NCBI GenBank assembly: GCA_004431415.1 | Contig: QPMI01000562.1 | Location: forward strand, 1-64,000 | DNA from: Cyanophora paradoxa CCMP329 | Taxonomy: Eukaryota; Plantae; Glaucophyta | Direction: 5' to 3' | Length of the DNA: 64,000 nucleotides | Shown: positions 9,672 through 19,364 of the stretch, piece after piece | Layout: each line of letters begins with the position of its first letter | Position numbering within the stretch: position 1 is the stretch's first letter | Translations under genes and position numbers: made by a program | Notes under the pieces: generated by a model | Told to the model about the DNA's origin: nothing | Database searches by the model: none | Seen by the model: only the letters and a program-made list of their open reading frames with translations

Positions 9672-12600
9672 TTAATTAAAAGGAACAGAATTAATACCAT
9701 CTGGTAAGATGTATCTCTTTGCATCAAAGCAGTTTAGGGCAACCCTTCTACTCACAGTATCTATTATTGTGTGATCTGCCCTTCTTTTCTGCTTTGCAGT
9801 CACAGTCTTGCTGATACCTGCAAATAAACACTCCTTAAAATCATTGAATTGGAGTTCCTCAGTGGAAGTCCCAGATAGCTTACTTCTCTCAATCTCAGCA
9901 GTTCTGAAACTGTAAACTTTGGCTCTCAGACCTACATACTCCAATATAGCAGAACCTGGCATCTCATTTTTGTATTTACCTGGGGTCATTCTGTTAGATC
10001 CCCCTAAGTCCAGATTAAAGGATATATTCTCTAGGTCTTTTTGGAGGGTCTGAGATTCGATATATAGACAAAAGGAATCAGTATCATGGAATAGTAACTT
10101 TGCTTTTGCCCACTGGGACCTTACAGTATCATAGAAGAACTTGTAGTTATGCAGTTTGGCAGTATCCAAAACATAAGCCCCAATAGCAACAGGTTTATCT
10201 AGCTTCACATGCTTTGTGTAAAACTCAAAGGCAACTGCTTTTTCGTTTATGGGACTTGTTGATTTCACCAATGGGGAAGCTGCATATTTCATAAACAGTT
10301 TCTCACTGTTTGCAATCTTAACCACAGATCTACCTCTGCAAGATTCAATGCATTTCCCATAGATTGAGTTATTCATGAGTTTATAGAAATCAGCCTCGAA
10401 TTTATTCACTGCTTTCCTTCTCATCTCAGTATTCAGCTCAATGTAGGGTTTCATTACAGGAGCCACAGTAAATGATAGGACCCTGTGAACCTTCTTTAGT
10501 TTCACCCCTTTGTCCAACAGATACTGTAGAAGAGGCTCAGAAATCACATAGTTTGTCACAGAACCAAAGGTTGCAGTTAGCTTAGGGGTCTTATCAAGCT
10601 CTTCTCCTGAGAGATCTAATAGGCTCTTTTGATATTGTGATAATTCTGCATATTCTACTATTTTCTTGTTAATAATTAGGGGGAAATCACTGTGGTCTAG
10701 ATATAGCCTAATTGGGTAATCCAGATCAACTTCCAGGAAACTGGATCTGTTATCTTGTGGGTTGAATTCGGTCTCCCATCTAAAATCACCAACTGGGATT
10801 GGCTGACTCAAACAGTAGCCATACAAGTTGTTAGCATCAAACAGCATTATATGGGAGTTCTCACCATCAGCCTCAGCATACCTACAAGGCATTGTTGCAA
10901 AGCCACCCCTGATTCCCCTCTCAACAAATTCGTATTGCTCTACATCACTTATTAGCTCTATTTTTGCCTTGGTGGTCCTTAACATAGCATCCCAAGATAA
11001 CCCAGGGGCAGATACATAATGAACTGGGTCAAGTCCATATACTGAGTGTGAAAGCCTTCTAAAAGCCTGGAATTTGTTCATTAACTCATCTACATCAGCA
11101 GCTCCAAAATCCATGAAGTTACTTGCATCAATGAACTTGTAAAGACCCCATTGCAATGAAAGGTATTGATCAAAGTTTTTCGAAAGGATTTCGATTCGCT
11201 TTTTATCACCCATGCCTGCTATTTTTCTGAAAATGAATGTCCCACAGTCATCCATTTGGTCAACAACTACTGCAACTTTGGTTTGCTTTGAGATTCTCCT
11301 ATGGAGATTGCAGTTTCTGCATGCAGGAGCAATATAATGACCTGTGTGGTGATCATGATCCCTGCATTTGAAGTTCTCCTTAGTGAACCTCTCACTGCAA
11401 AGGTAACAGTGTTTGGTAGCTCTGTAAATTGCTTTCTGCTCATCTGTGAGTTCATTCATAGGAATGTTGGTAAACAGGAAATCGATTAGTTCTCTTGCTT
11501 TGGACTCCAAGCATTCAAAGAGACCTCCCATTGGATCCTGACCCTCAAATCGAAACTCCTGAACATCTGCCCCAGTGACTACTCTCAGGTTGACTGCTGA
11601 GACTTCCCTCTTAGATTTTGATGCATCAATGGGGATGCTTCTATGTTCAATCTTGCAGTAAACCACAACAGGAAGCCAAACAGTTTTCCTGAGGTTTTTC
11701 AGTCCAAACTCTATGGTGGTCTCAGGTTTTGGTGTGATTCCCTTTGAGAGTCTCCAATCAATGCATCTATTTGAGTCCACATGAGCAGTGAGTTTAGCCT
11801 CAGACCTGAATCGAGATAAGCATGTATCACAGTAGTGTAACTTTTGATCCTTGGTTTTATCAAGGGCAACTCTGAGAAGTCTTGAAAGGGACATGATTGT
11901 AATATAGTGACCATTCCCTTCATCATCATGAATGAGCATTAGATTAATCTTTTGCTTTCTACCTGGGTTACTGGATTGATGTAGGGGATATATAACATCT
12001 CGATCCATTCCAAATATGTTTATGCTGATGCCTGCATTTTGAGATTCGAATTTATCAATTATTTCAGCATCACAGGCAACAGGGAATGGGATGTTATCGA
12101 AATTGAGTGCCAGAGGATTGTATGTAGTTGGTGAGTATTTCCATTTGCGATATTGTGTAAGCTCACTTCTCTTGTGGGAATTCACATCTTTCCTATGGAT
12201 CCATGCCAAAATGGCATTTTCGAAGCAAGAATCATCAATATTTCGAATATTCACTGTGGCTCTCTTGGCTGCAATTGACTCAGGTGTTTTAACATAGCAA
12301 CCACCGGTTGGGGCATAACTCATAATAGCAACTCTAAGCATTTCGATTCTCTCCAATCGATAGCTATCAACAACATTCATCTGTTCCTGACACATTTGGG
12401 CTGCTTTATTCAGCTCAGTTCGAATATTTCTCGATTTGGTTAATACAAAATAATCGCTGTAAATGTATTTCGATATCCAAACCTGTGGATTGCTGACTTT
12501 TACGAACTTGCAGATAAACGATAAGCGAACTTTGATTGCCCTGAATTGATCTAGACTGTCTCTTAAACGTTTTGGTAGAGAGGTTGCAATTCTATCTAAA

Positions 12601-12917
12601 TATTCAATCACATCAACAACAACTTCCCTTCTGGCTCTGTAAGTGAGCCAGCGATATAATTCATTCATTGCTGTACCATCTTCTGCCTCTGGTTCTATTT
12701 GCCTCAGGCGATCGAGTTCATCAAGAGTTTCAACTTTATCATAGAGGTTATTGGCTTTTCTGGTTAATTTCGCTAAAGTGGGTCTGCCCCTTGAAATAAA
12801 TCTGATTTCCCGGTCATATTCAGCCTCTGTAATTTCATGGGCTGCATACAGTGTTCCCAGTAATCCCATGAGTTCCCATTTCTTCTCTCTAATGAGTCTG
12901 TTGCTAATTCGGGGCAT
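9672..12917 (-). CDS. Protein-primed family B DNA polymerase (terminal-protein/vOTU-like N-terminus, endonuclease VII-like Zn finger, degenerate exonuclease)
   Basis: NIDDSCF...GHY, CYLC...RDHDHHTG...CRNCN, YGLDPVHY, GIRGG, DANNLYG, KLMNNSIYGK, HDTDS, LRAKVY. Confidence 0.93.
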   Translation of the reverse strand: MPRISNRLIREKKWELMGLLGTLYAAHEITEAEYDREIRFISRGRPTLAKLTRKANNLYDKVETLDELDRLRQIEPEAEDGTAMNELYRWLTYRARREVVVDVIEYLDRIATSLPKRLRDSLDQFRAIKVRLSFICKFVKVSNPQVWISKYIYSDYFVLTKSRNIRTELNKAAQMCQEQMNVVDSYRLERIEMLRVAIMSYAPTGGCYVKTPESIAAKRATVNIRNIDDSCFENAILAWIHRKDVNSHKRSELTQYRKWKYSPTTYNPLALNFDNIPFPVACDAEIIDKFESQNAGISINIFGMDRDVIYPLHQSSNPGRKQKINLMLIHDDEGNGHYITIMSLSRLLRVALDKTKDQKLHYCDTCLSRFRSEAKLTAHVDSNRCIDWRLSKGITPKPETTIEFGLKNLRKTVWLPVVVYCKIEHRSIPIDASKSKREVSAVNLRVVTGADVQEFRFEGQDPMGGLFECLESKARELIDFLFTNIPMNELTDEQKAIYRATKHCYLCSERFTKENFKCRDHDHHTGHYIAPACRNCNLHRRISKQTKVAVVVDQMDDCGTFIFRKIAGMGDKKRIEILSKNFDQYLSLQWGLYKFIDASNFMDFGAADVDELMNKFQAFRRLSHSVYGLDPVHYVSAPGLSWDAMLRTTKAKIELISDVEQYEFVERGIRGGFATMPCRYAEADGENSHIMLFDANNLYGYCLSQPIPVGDFRWETEFNPQDNRSSFLEVDLDYPIRLYLDHSDFPLIINKKIVEYAELSQYQKSLLDLSGEELDKTPKLTATFGSVTNYVISEPLLQYLLDKGVKLKKVHRVLSFTVAPVMKPYIELNTEMRRKAVNKFEADFYKLMNNSIYGKCIESCRGRSVVKIANSEKLFMKYAASPLVKSTSPINEKAVAFEFYTKHVKLDKPVAIGAYVLDTAKLHNYKFFYDTVRSQWAKAKLLFHDTDSFCLYIESQTLQKDLENISFNLDLGGSNRMTPGKYKNEMPGSAILEYVGLRAKVYSFRTAEIERSKLSGTSTEELQFNDFKECLFAGISKTVTAKQKRRADHTIIDTVSRRVALNCFDAKRYILPDGINSVPFN

Positions 12918-12974
12918 AGTTCCTAACTTGTTCCTACTAAAAGGGGAGGTTTTAAATGGGGATATTCCGAACGC

Positions 12975-13025
12975 AAAAATTTGATGAAAACTACTTAAAG
13001 AAATATCTTCTATATATATAAAAGG
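12975..13025 (+). promoter_or_regulatory. Putative early promoter AAAAATTTGA..ACTTAAAG..TATATATA
   Basis: The 39-bp block at 12,987-13,025 recurs with one mismatch at 14,314-14,352. Variants occur at ~13,853-13,885 and ~16,866-16,910, each just upstream of an ATG. Confidence 0.7.
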
Positions 13026-13028
13026 ACA

Positions 13029-13847
13029 ATGGCAGAGAACAAAGCAACATCTTCTCTGGAACGCTTGAAGGCTACATTAATGTTTCTTTGTGGATCTAAT
13101 AACTTTAAAGACTTTGTCGCTTTGGGGAGAAGCAAATATATGAACTCTTTGTATTTGAAACTTGCAAAGTATGATTTGACTCACGAAAGCCTTCCTCCAC
13201 ACTCAAACAGCTGTGCTTGCAAGCATCATATTGAAGAACAATGCTACATCTTGCATGTGGATAAAAAGATTGTGGTTCTTGTTGGCAACTGCTGCATTAA
13301 ACGATTTATGCCAAATGGTGCAAGGAGGGAAGATATATGCAAGAAATGCGGAGATCGACATAAAAACCGTAAGGATAATTTCTGCAATAAGTGCAGGATT
13401 ATCATAAAGGAGGAGGAATTGGAAAGAAAAAAGCAAATCCAGAAAGAAGCAGAGGAGCGAAAGAAACAACTTGAATTAGAAGAAAGAGAGCGAAGGCAGA
13501 GAGAATTAGAACAAGAAAGAGCAAGGAATAGACATGCAGTTAATCTTTTCCTGATTTGGTGCAACCAGTTCATTCCAAAAATGGATAATCTTCGCAGAGA
13601 TGATATAGAGAGGTTCAGAGAGGGTAGATCTGCATTGATTGAAATGTATGCAGAACTCAGTACAACAAACACATTGGTTGCTGGGTTTCAGGTGCCTTTT
13701 CTTAAAAAAGATATCGCAAAAGGATTAGATTGCAGATGGAATAAGGACAAGAAAACATGGGAGACCTTGGAAATCGAACCATTTGTAGCATTGCTAGGTA
13801 AGCATTTCAAACTTATGTATATTGAGAGATTTGGACAGAGAGGTTAA
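13029..13847 (+). CDS. Cys-rich Zn-binding protein with coiled coil and C-terminal DUF5710-like domain
   Basis: CACKHHIEEQCYI...VGNCCIKRF; CKKC...CNKC; VPFLKKDIAKGLDCRWNKDKKTW. Confidence 0.7.
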   Translation: MAENKATSSLERLKATLMFLCGSNNFKDFVALGRSKYMNSLYLKLAKYDLTHESLPPHSNSCACKHHIEEQCYILHVDKKIVVLVGNCCIKRFMPNGARREDICKKCGDRHKNRKDNFCNKCRIIIKEEELERKKQIQKEAEERKKQLELEERERRQRELEQERARNRHAVNLFLIWCNQFIPKMDNLRRDDIERFREGRSALIEMYAELSTTNTLVAGFQVPFLKKDIAKGLDCRWNKDKKTWETLEIEPFVALLGKHFKLMYIERFGQRG

Positions 13848-13903
13848 AGAACAAAAAATGATTTAAAGAATTCTCTATATATATTAAGAGAGACAGAGGA
13901 AAA

Positions 13904-14158
13904 ATGCCACTCAGTGAAGCCCAGAAGAGAGCTATGAAGAGGTACCAGCAAACTGAAAAAGGTAAGGCTCAAATCAAAAAGTTTAACGAAAAAATAGCCA
14001 CACAGCTAAGAGATCTATATCAAACCGATGATACCTATAGAGCCATGAAAATAGCCAGTTCATGTCAGCGAAAGTATGCAGCCAATGCAGTCTGCTTTGT
14101 AAAATATTTATATGATGTCCCTTACTCAAATCGAGGGAGAAAATTGAAACATGTCTAA
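13904..14158 (+). CDS. Small basic protein, probably DNA-binding
   Basis: MPLSEAQKRAMKRYQQTEKGK, preceded by the shared promoter motif. Confidence 0.65.
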   Translation: MPLSEAQKRAMKRYQQTEKGKAQIKKFNEKIATQLRDLYQTDDTYRAMKIASSCQRKYAANAVCFVKYLYDVPYSNRGRKLKHV

Positions 14159-14293
14159 ATTATTTTTCCCAGCATATTACTAGGCTGGGATATGCTGTTT
14201 ATTCGCTGAAATACCCATTCATCCTTTTTGTATCTAAACCACTCGATAAGTCGTGTGGAAATATTTCGTAGGGATACTTTCTCGATTTCCAAC

Positions 14294-14363
14294 AAAAAAT
14301 GATTGGGGGACCCAAAACTACTTAAAGAAAAATCTTCTATATATATAAAAGGGACCCCCAATC
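14294..14363 (+). promoter_or_regulatory. Putative early promoter of the primase-helicase, flanked by a 13-bp inverted repeat
   Basis: gattgggggaccc (14,301-14,313) and gggacccccaatc (14,351-14,363) enclose the ACTTAAAG..TATATATA block. Confidence 0.65.
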
Positions 14364-14370
14364 GCTGAAA

Positions 14371-16698
14371 ATGAACGCCAAACAGACTAAATCGCTCAAA
14401 TCGCTCGCTAACTGGCTCAGATCTGATGAGGATCTAGCCAAAAACATGATTATCCCAGTGAAACCTGACAGCAAAGACCCTGTTTTCAAGCATAAGGGAG
14501 GTGCTTGGTCCTGGGAAAAGTATGAAGAAGCGCTGGCAACTAATCAGTATGTATCTTGGGGCATTCTGCTCTCAGACAACATGATGGTTATTGACTTTGA
14601 TGATGAGGAGAACTTTGAGAAATTCCGAGATATGTTTCCTGATGACTTTGATGCCAATCAACCCATGGCAAAAACTAAAAAAGGCTATCATGTCTACTTT
14701 AAACGTCCTGAGGAGTTCACTAAACTCAAAATCACCGATAAGGCTCCAGGCTTTAAAGGCTTTGAAAAGGTTGACCTGAAAACAATCACTGGAACTGGAA
14801 CTTCTGGATTAATTAATGTTTGTCCCAGTGTCAACAAGACCTGGGTAATTGCTCCATGGGATGATACCTGTGATTTCAATGAGCCTACTGATGAGTTTAA
14901 AAAGTGGATTGCAGAGAACTATATCTATAAGAGTGAGTATACTGCTAATGCTACCTCACATGATGCATTGGAAAAGAGTATTCTTAAAGAGCTGGTGGAT
15001 ATGGGCTTTATGCATCCCAATATAATCTCTCAAACTGAACTGGGCTTTAACTTTGATGCTGCTAATAAGGGACTTAATTGCCCATGCTGCAATGGGTCCC
15101 ATGAATCGAATAACTGGTATGTTATGAAAGCCAAAGGAGAAGATAAAAAGTATATTGTGTCCAGCTACAGTGGCAATTGCAAAAAACGATTTATCTTCAT
15201 TGGAATGCAATCTGATATCTTCAATCTCATTGATAAGTCCGCTGGTTCTGGAGGCGCTCATTATGATGTCAGTCTTGTGTGCAAAGAGGTACTACAACAT
15301 ACTTGGAGATACTCCAAAAAGTCATGGTTCAAACTCAATACTGATACTGGGATTTGGGAGCATGATGACACAAACCAAAAGATTTACCTAGACATAAGTT
15401 GCCTTGTTGTCCCTCAATACCTTGGCAGGGCTGTGCATTATAGCCAAAGAGCTTTGAAGGATGAAGAGAATAGAACAGCTTTCGAAGAGAAATCGAAAAC
15501 ATTAATTTCTATTGCCAAAAATCTTAAACAATCAGGATATCGCAAATCCCTTCTGACTGATCTGCTCCCTCTGCTGAATGATGATGAATTCTATGAAAAG
15601 ATTGATACAGTTCCATATGTAATTGGATTCGATAATGGTGTATTTGATCTGACAACTATGACTTTCAGAAAGGGGAAACTGGAAGATATGGTGAGCAAGA
15701 GTGTGGGTTATGATTATACTGAGAATGTAGACCCCAAGAAAGTAGACCATCTCAATCAGATTTATAGAGAGATTGTAGATGATCCAGCAGAGCGAAACTA
15801 CCTTCTGGCATCTATTGCAATTGCCCTCAGTGGATCAACAAAATCACAGAAGTTCTACATGTGGACTGGTGCTGGGGCAAATGGTAAATCACTTGTTCAG
15901 GAATACTGCAAACAGATTTCAGGGGCTTATTATAGCCCTCTCGAAATATCCTATTGGACCAAACCTAAAAAGAACTCATCAGATGCTACTCCTGAACTTG
16001 CCAAACTCCTTGGAAAGCGACTTGTATTCAGTAATGAGGCTGAAGATGGTGATAAACTGCAGATCTCCAAAATTAAGGAGGTCACAGGTGGAAATGAAAT
16101 GACTGTGAGAGCCTTGTTCAAAGACCCAGTAATCCTCACTCCAATGTTCCAGGTTTACATTACAACTAATGACAATTTGACTATAAATAAACCAGACTTT
16201 GCAATTCAAAGAAGACTTTCATACCAGAGATTCAATAATATATTCAGAGAGAAGCCTGAAGCTGGTCAGAAGAAAGCTGACCCAACACTGTTCACACTTC
16301 TACACAATGATGATGAGTATAAGATGGCTCACATGAAGATATTACTGGATATGTGGAAGAACAAAGAGGTTGAAGAGATCTTAAGAAATCCCCCTCAATC
16401 GATTATTGAACAGGGAATAAACTTTATAGCTGAAAATGATAAGATTGGTGAATGGCTTAGGGATAATTTCGAAGTTACCCATAATGCAAACGACTTTGTT
16501 TCGAGTGATATCATTTACAAATCATACAGAAGTGTCGATGATAAAGTTGAATGTGTTTCTGTGATGAAGAGAGTAAGGGAAATCTTCAATGTGAAATCAG
16601 AGGTTAAACGAATTCAGGGAACCAGAGCAAGGGGCTACATTGGACTTCGAAAGATAACAAGGGTTCAAGAAGACAATGGAGAGGATGTTGAATATTAA
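14371..16698 (+). CDS. Prim-Pol primase fused to D5-like SF3 helicase
   Basis: VIDFDD and KTKKGYHVYF (AEP/Prim-Pol motifs), CPCC..H..C Zn motif, IGFDNGVFDL, Walker A GAGANGKS, Walker B LVFSNE, IKEVTGG. Confidence 0.93.
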   Translation: MNAKQTKSLKSLANWLRSDEDLAKNMIIPVKPDSKDPVFKHKGGAWSWEKYEEALATNQYVSWGILLSDNMMVIDFDDEENFEKFRDMFPDDFDANQPMAKTKKGYHVYFKRPEEFTKLKITDKAPGFKGFEKVDLKTITGTGTSGLINVCPSVNKTWVIAPWDDTCDFNEPTDEFKKWIAENYIYKSEYTANATSHDALEKSILKELVDMGFMHPNIISQTELGFNFDAANKGLNCPCCNGSHESNNWYVMKAKGEDKKYIVSSYSGNCKKRFIFIGMQSDIFNLIDKSAGSGGAHYDVSLVCKEVLQHTWRYSKKSWFKLNTDTGIWEHDDTNQKIYLDISCLVVPQYLGRAVHYSQRALKDEENRTAFEEKSKTLISIAKNLKQSGYRKSLLTDLLPLLNDDEFYEKIDTVPYVIGFDNGVFDLTTMTFRKGKLEDMVSKSVGYDYTENVDPKKVDHLNQIYREIVDDPAERNYLLASIAIALSGSTKSQKFYMWTGAGANGKSLVQEYCKQISGAYYSPLEISYWTKPKKNSSDATPELAKLLGKRLVFSNEAEDGDKLQISKIKEVTGGNEMTVRALFKDPVILTPMFQVYITTNDNLTINKPDFAIQRRLSYQRFNNIFREKPEAGQKKADPTLFTLLHNDDEYKMAHMKILLDMWKNKEVEEILRNPPQSIIEQGINFIAENDKIGEWLRDNFEVTHNANDFVSSDIIYKSYRSVDDKVECVSVMKRVREIFNVKSEVKRIQGTRARGYIGLRKITRVQEDNGEDVEY

Positions 16699-16759
16699 AC
16701 AAAACGATTTATGATTGAAATGTATATGTATTTTTTATAGCCTTACTGGAAATGGTGTT

Positions 16760-16851
16760 GTTCACAGGTGTCACAGGTCCATCCCATCTAGGGGGCTATA
16801 AAAAGAAAAATGACCAGGGGACGATAAAAACCTGTGAACACCTGTGACACC
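16760..16851. repeat. Internal copy of the TIR TGTCACAGG inverted repeat (candidate origin)
   Basis: tcacaggtgtcacaggtccatcccatc is identical at 16,762-16,788 and 7,183-7,209; the opposing arm acctgtgaacacctgtgacacc is at 16,830-16,851. Confidence 0.85.
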
Positions 16852-16918
16852 TATCGAAAAAGACCAAAATTTGACAAGAATACTTAAAGCTTACTTGATT
16901 GTGTATAGTGAAGACAAA

Positions 16919-17139
16919 ATGGCAAAGGCTCTTGAAGAAATGACCATGATTGAGTTAGATAAATGCATTAAACATGGAGATATAGGGCATATATCGAAAT
17001 GTCACAGAGATTGATAGGTTACAATGTGTATGCAGCAAAATCAAAGAGAAATAGATCAGTAAACATTCACATAACTGTTTCAGTGTCTGAGAATGCAAAC
17101 AAAAAACAACAAAAGCATATTTACAAAAGTTATCTGTGA
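16919..17139 (+). pseudogene. Possible ~73-aa ORF with one frameshift
   Basis: The ATG follows an aaaatttga..acttaaag motif. The frame runs open to tga 17,139 if one A is restored at ~16,972. Confidence 0.35.
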
Positions 17140-17226
17140 CTTGATTGCAAGTATAAAGCCAATTCCTTTGTATATATTTTTATAGCTGCCTCAGTTGCAT
17201 ACTGAGACCGCTTTTTCTCAATTATC

Positions 17227-17472
17227 TTATAGACCTGGGGGTCCATTGCTACTTTCAGTTGGCAAATAATATTTAATCGGTCTTCCTCTGGGTCTCTGCT
17301 CCTCTTTTTGGGCTTTTCTGCGATAATAGGATGCCAGGGCTTGTTGCTTCTTATACTCTCTATATGCTGGGTCGTCTCTATATCGTTTCTGCATTGCTAG
17401 AATGTGTCTAATAGAACCCTCAGTAAGAGGTTCATCACTGGTAAACTCGATTAAACTAATAGTGTCCTCCAT
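17227..17472 (-). CDS. Small basic protein with AT-hook
   Basis: YYRRK...RPRGRPIK. Confidence 0.65.
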   Translation of the reverse strand: MEDTISLIEFTSDEPLTEGSIRHILAMQKRYRDDPAYREYKKQQALASYYRRKAQKEEQRPRGRPIKYYLPTESSNGPPGL

Positions 17473-17737
17473 TTATATTCCCAGAGAAAACGTTTTCTGC
17501 TGGCAGAGAACTTCTCCTTGGATACTCCTGTTGCTCCTGTTGCTCATATGTATACTCTGTGGGGTCTGTTGGCATTGACTCCACAGAAACTGTAGACCTC
17601 CTTCTCTCTCTTGCTTCTGAGGCATTATCCTCATTATCTGACATCTCAAACTCCACTGTTGTCTCACAACATCCACTGTGGCAATTGCTCACCACATGCA
17701 GACTGAACATCTCGAAGAACTTTCGTATTATGTCCAT
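17456..17737 (-). CDS. Hypothetical viral protein (93 aa)
   Basis: Fills the gap in a tightly packed minus-strand run; TTATCT motif upstream. Confidence 0.55.
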   Translation of the reverse strand: MDIIRKFFEMFSLHVVSNCHSGCCETTVEFEMSDNEDNASEARERRRSTVSVESMPTDPTEYTYEQQEQQEYPRRSSLPAENVFSGNINGGHY

Positions 17738-17759
17738 ATCTCTAATAAAACAGAGATAA

Positions 17760-18494
17760 TTAAAGCCAAACTCGTCTTTTATATACTGCTGGGGCTACTC
17801 CCTTTTCTACTTCAGCTTTGGTGGCACCAGGTTCAATGGTTCCCTTTTGGGTCTTTGTTTTCATTTCATCTACTGCCTGCTCATCGATTTGGTTCTCTTT
17901 CTTAGCAATAAACTGTTTATCTGGGACACCAGTGATTCCCATTTTATAAACTTCCTTTCGAAGCATCTCCTTTAGCTTGGCTCTCTCTTTCTTCTCAGTA
18001 ACATACTGCTCCAAAGCACTGGATTTGGCTTCCAGATCTTTGAGTTTAGCAGTCATCTCATCCCATTGAGCCTTGGGAATTCGATGAATATTTTGAGTGG
18101 GAGCAGTCTTATATGTGACTTCACCAGCCATAGACTGGATTACTTTGTCTGATTCCTTACTAAGACCTTCACCTTTGCGAGCCAATGACAGATCTTGCAA
18201 GCCTAAACCTTTATCATCAGCAGCACCAATAATTCGCCTGGCACCCTCAGCAACAGACTTCATCTTTGAGGCTTCTGGTGAGATGTTGAGTTGGTCAGCA
18301 GTTGAACTTTGTGGGGCTTTGTCATCGACTGATTCCTCATAGGCAGCATTTAGGGGGTCTTCTTGGGGTTGTGAGGGTTTGATTTCGTTCATACCATTGA
18401 ATTTCATTGGTTCAGTGTTAATAGATCCATTGTTTCCACCACCTGAATAGCCAACAGCCCCAGCTGGGATCCCTATTTTTCGTTTGGGAGGCAT
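17760..18494 (-). CDS. Hypothetical virion/core-like protein (244 aa) with basic ends
   Basis: MPPKRK...YKRRVWL, adjacent to the ATPase. Function is inferred from position only. Confidence 0.7.
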   Translation of the reverse strand: MPPKRKIGIPAGAVGYSGGGNNGSINTEPMKFNGMNEIKPSQPQEDPLNAAYEESVDDKAPQSSTADQLNISPEASKMKSVAEGARRIIGAADDKGLGLQDLSLARKGEGLSKESDKVIQSMAGEVTYKTAPTQNIHRIPKAQWDEMTAKLKDLEAKSSALEQYVTEKKERAKLKEMLRKEVYKMGITGVPDKQFIAKKENQIDEQAVDEMKTKTQKGTIEPGATKAEVEKGVAPAVYKRRVWL

Positions 18495-18522
18495 TGTATC
18501 TTTATTAGAATGAGAGATAATT

Positions 18523-19305
18523 TTATAAACCGCGTTTATATCGCATCAATTTATTGCTATGGACTTGGCTTTTCACTTCTTTTGGGGCTTCCTCTTTCTC
18601 TGGTGGTTTCAGTTCATCTTCTTTCTTTTTGGGCTTCCTGTGGAAGCGAGGGAATGGGAAATCTTTCACAAGGTCCGCTTTATCAACAAAGTATTTAACT
18701 GAGTAGCCAGCAGAGGACCAAACGATATACTGATAGGAGTGAACATACTCTTCAAACATCTTGTAGAAATCCTCTTTATTTCGCATTATATTGTATTCTT
18801 CCTCTATGGCTTCAAGTTCTTTGCGATTAGCAGCACTTAGGAAAACAGCATAATCAGAATTAACTCGAATAGTGGAAGAGACTTTTCTGAGTTTCTGTGT
18901 AATGCAGATAATGGATATTTTCGAATGGCGACCTCTGGAATACAAGGATCCGATTATTTTATCCCTTGTGAGATCGACTATCTCATTATCAATTAAATCA
19001 TCTAAAACAACACACATGTGGTTCACAGGTTCACCTTTTTCGATTTTCTCCTGCCTTTCATCCAAAAGCTTTGAAATGTAACCAGCATCCCATTTACCAA
19101 GTTCTACTGTTGCAACCTCTCTCCAGAAATGATTAAAGCTGGTCCCACTCACAACTAGGACAACATCAATAACTTTGGCATCATGTAATTGCTTTAACCA
19201 ATACTTTACACATTCGCTTTTTCCCGTACAACTTTTGCCTATAAAAATGGCTCTGAAAACACCTTTTATCATTTCAGAAACATTAAACTCTTCTAAATCT
19301 TGCAT
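18523..19305 (-). CDS. A32-like DNA packaging ATPase
   Basis: Walker A GKSCTGKS, Walker B VVLDD, RGRHSKISIICITQ, TIRVNSDY. Confidence 0.93.
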   Translation of the reverse strand: MQDLEEFNVSEMIKGVFRAIFIGKSCTGKSECVKYWLKQLHDAKVIDVVLVVSGTSFNHFWREVATVELGKWDAGYISKLLDERQEKIEKGEPVNHMCVVLDDLIDNEIVDLTRDKIIGSLYSRGRHSKISIICITQKLRKVSSTIRVNSDYAVFLSAANRKELEAIEEEYNIMRNKEDFYKMFEEYVHSYQYIVWSSAGYSVKYFVDKADLVKDFPFPRFHRKPKKKEDELKPPEKEEAPKEVKSQVHSNKLMRYKRGL

Positions 19306-19364
19306 TGTTGTAGATCTTCCTAAATAAAGACAGATAAAAATAATGCAGGGAGACTGAATATGGT

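Noticed and set aside
1-12950. The A/B palindrome as a fold-back sequencing artefact
   Set aside because: The arms differ by many synonymous and amino-acid changes and have different ends, and B has its own TSD.
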